Position numbers and translations under genes: made by a program. Shown piece by piece: positions 45,301-45,586 of a stretch of 45,586 nt of DNA (its first letter is position 1; each line of letters starts with the position of its first letter). Source of the DNA: Phoronis australis (taxonomy: Eukaryota; Animalia; Phoronida); the NCBI GenBank assembly GCA_002633005.1, contig NMRA01000910.1:21103-66688 (forward strand), given 5' to 3'. The notes under the pieces were generated by a model. That model had not been told where the DNA came from and did no database searches. It saw nothing but the letters and a program-made list of their open reading frames with translations.

Positions 45301-45586
45301 ACTTCTTTAGTCCAGCCTGACAACTCAAGCAGTCTGTGAATTAAGTCTTGGTTTTTGAGACTGAGTTTGTAGAACATTCAAAGTTTGTCATTTTCTTTAA
45401 GTACCAGAAATTATTTAAAATAAAGTTTTACTTTGGAGAAGTTCAAAGTGCTACTAGGAAATGATGTGCTTGAAAGTTACTAGCTATTCAAGCATCAGGG
45501 CGACTGGTGATACACTAAAGAGTAAAGTCTGGAGAAGATATCAGATTGTGTCATAATTTACAAGCAAAGTTGGCCCATTGTATCTG

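Overview
This is eukaryotic (animal, probably invertebrate) genomic DNA from a draft assembly: AT-rich, with GT-AG introns, one N gap and several single-N joins. I rebuilt three spliced genes by hand, checking intron phase at every junction. (1) + strand 3160-15126: a six-exon, about 297-aa type I membrane protein with a signal peptide, a propeptide ending in a furin-type RHRR site, an unusual Trp/Ser-rich (W-x-x-W)n ectodomain, one TM helix and a Pro/Tyr/Gln-rich tail with a PPxY motif. The ORF track misses its ectodomain frame. (2) - strand about 38542-20119: centromere protein C (Mif2-like N-terminus, CENP-C motif, C-terminal cupin), with 18 well-supported coding exons plus an uncertain first exon, about 960 aa. 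It shows internal exon duplications and candidate PP1-docking (RVxF/SILK) motifs. (3) + strand from 41425: the 5' coding exons of HAUS3 (augmin subunit 3), head-to-head with CENP-C. The rest is introns and intergenic DNA holding minisatellites, TTAA-flanked and hairpin MITE-like elements, tRNA-derived SINE heads, a LINE 3' remnant, a decayed THAP ORF and an array of CTCF-like motifs. All calls come from reading the sequence; no database searches were run.
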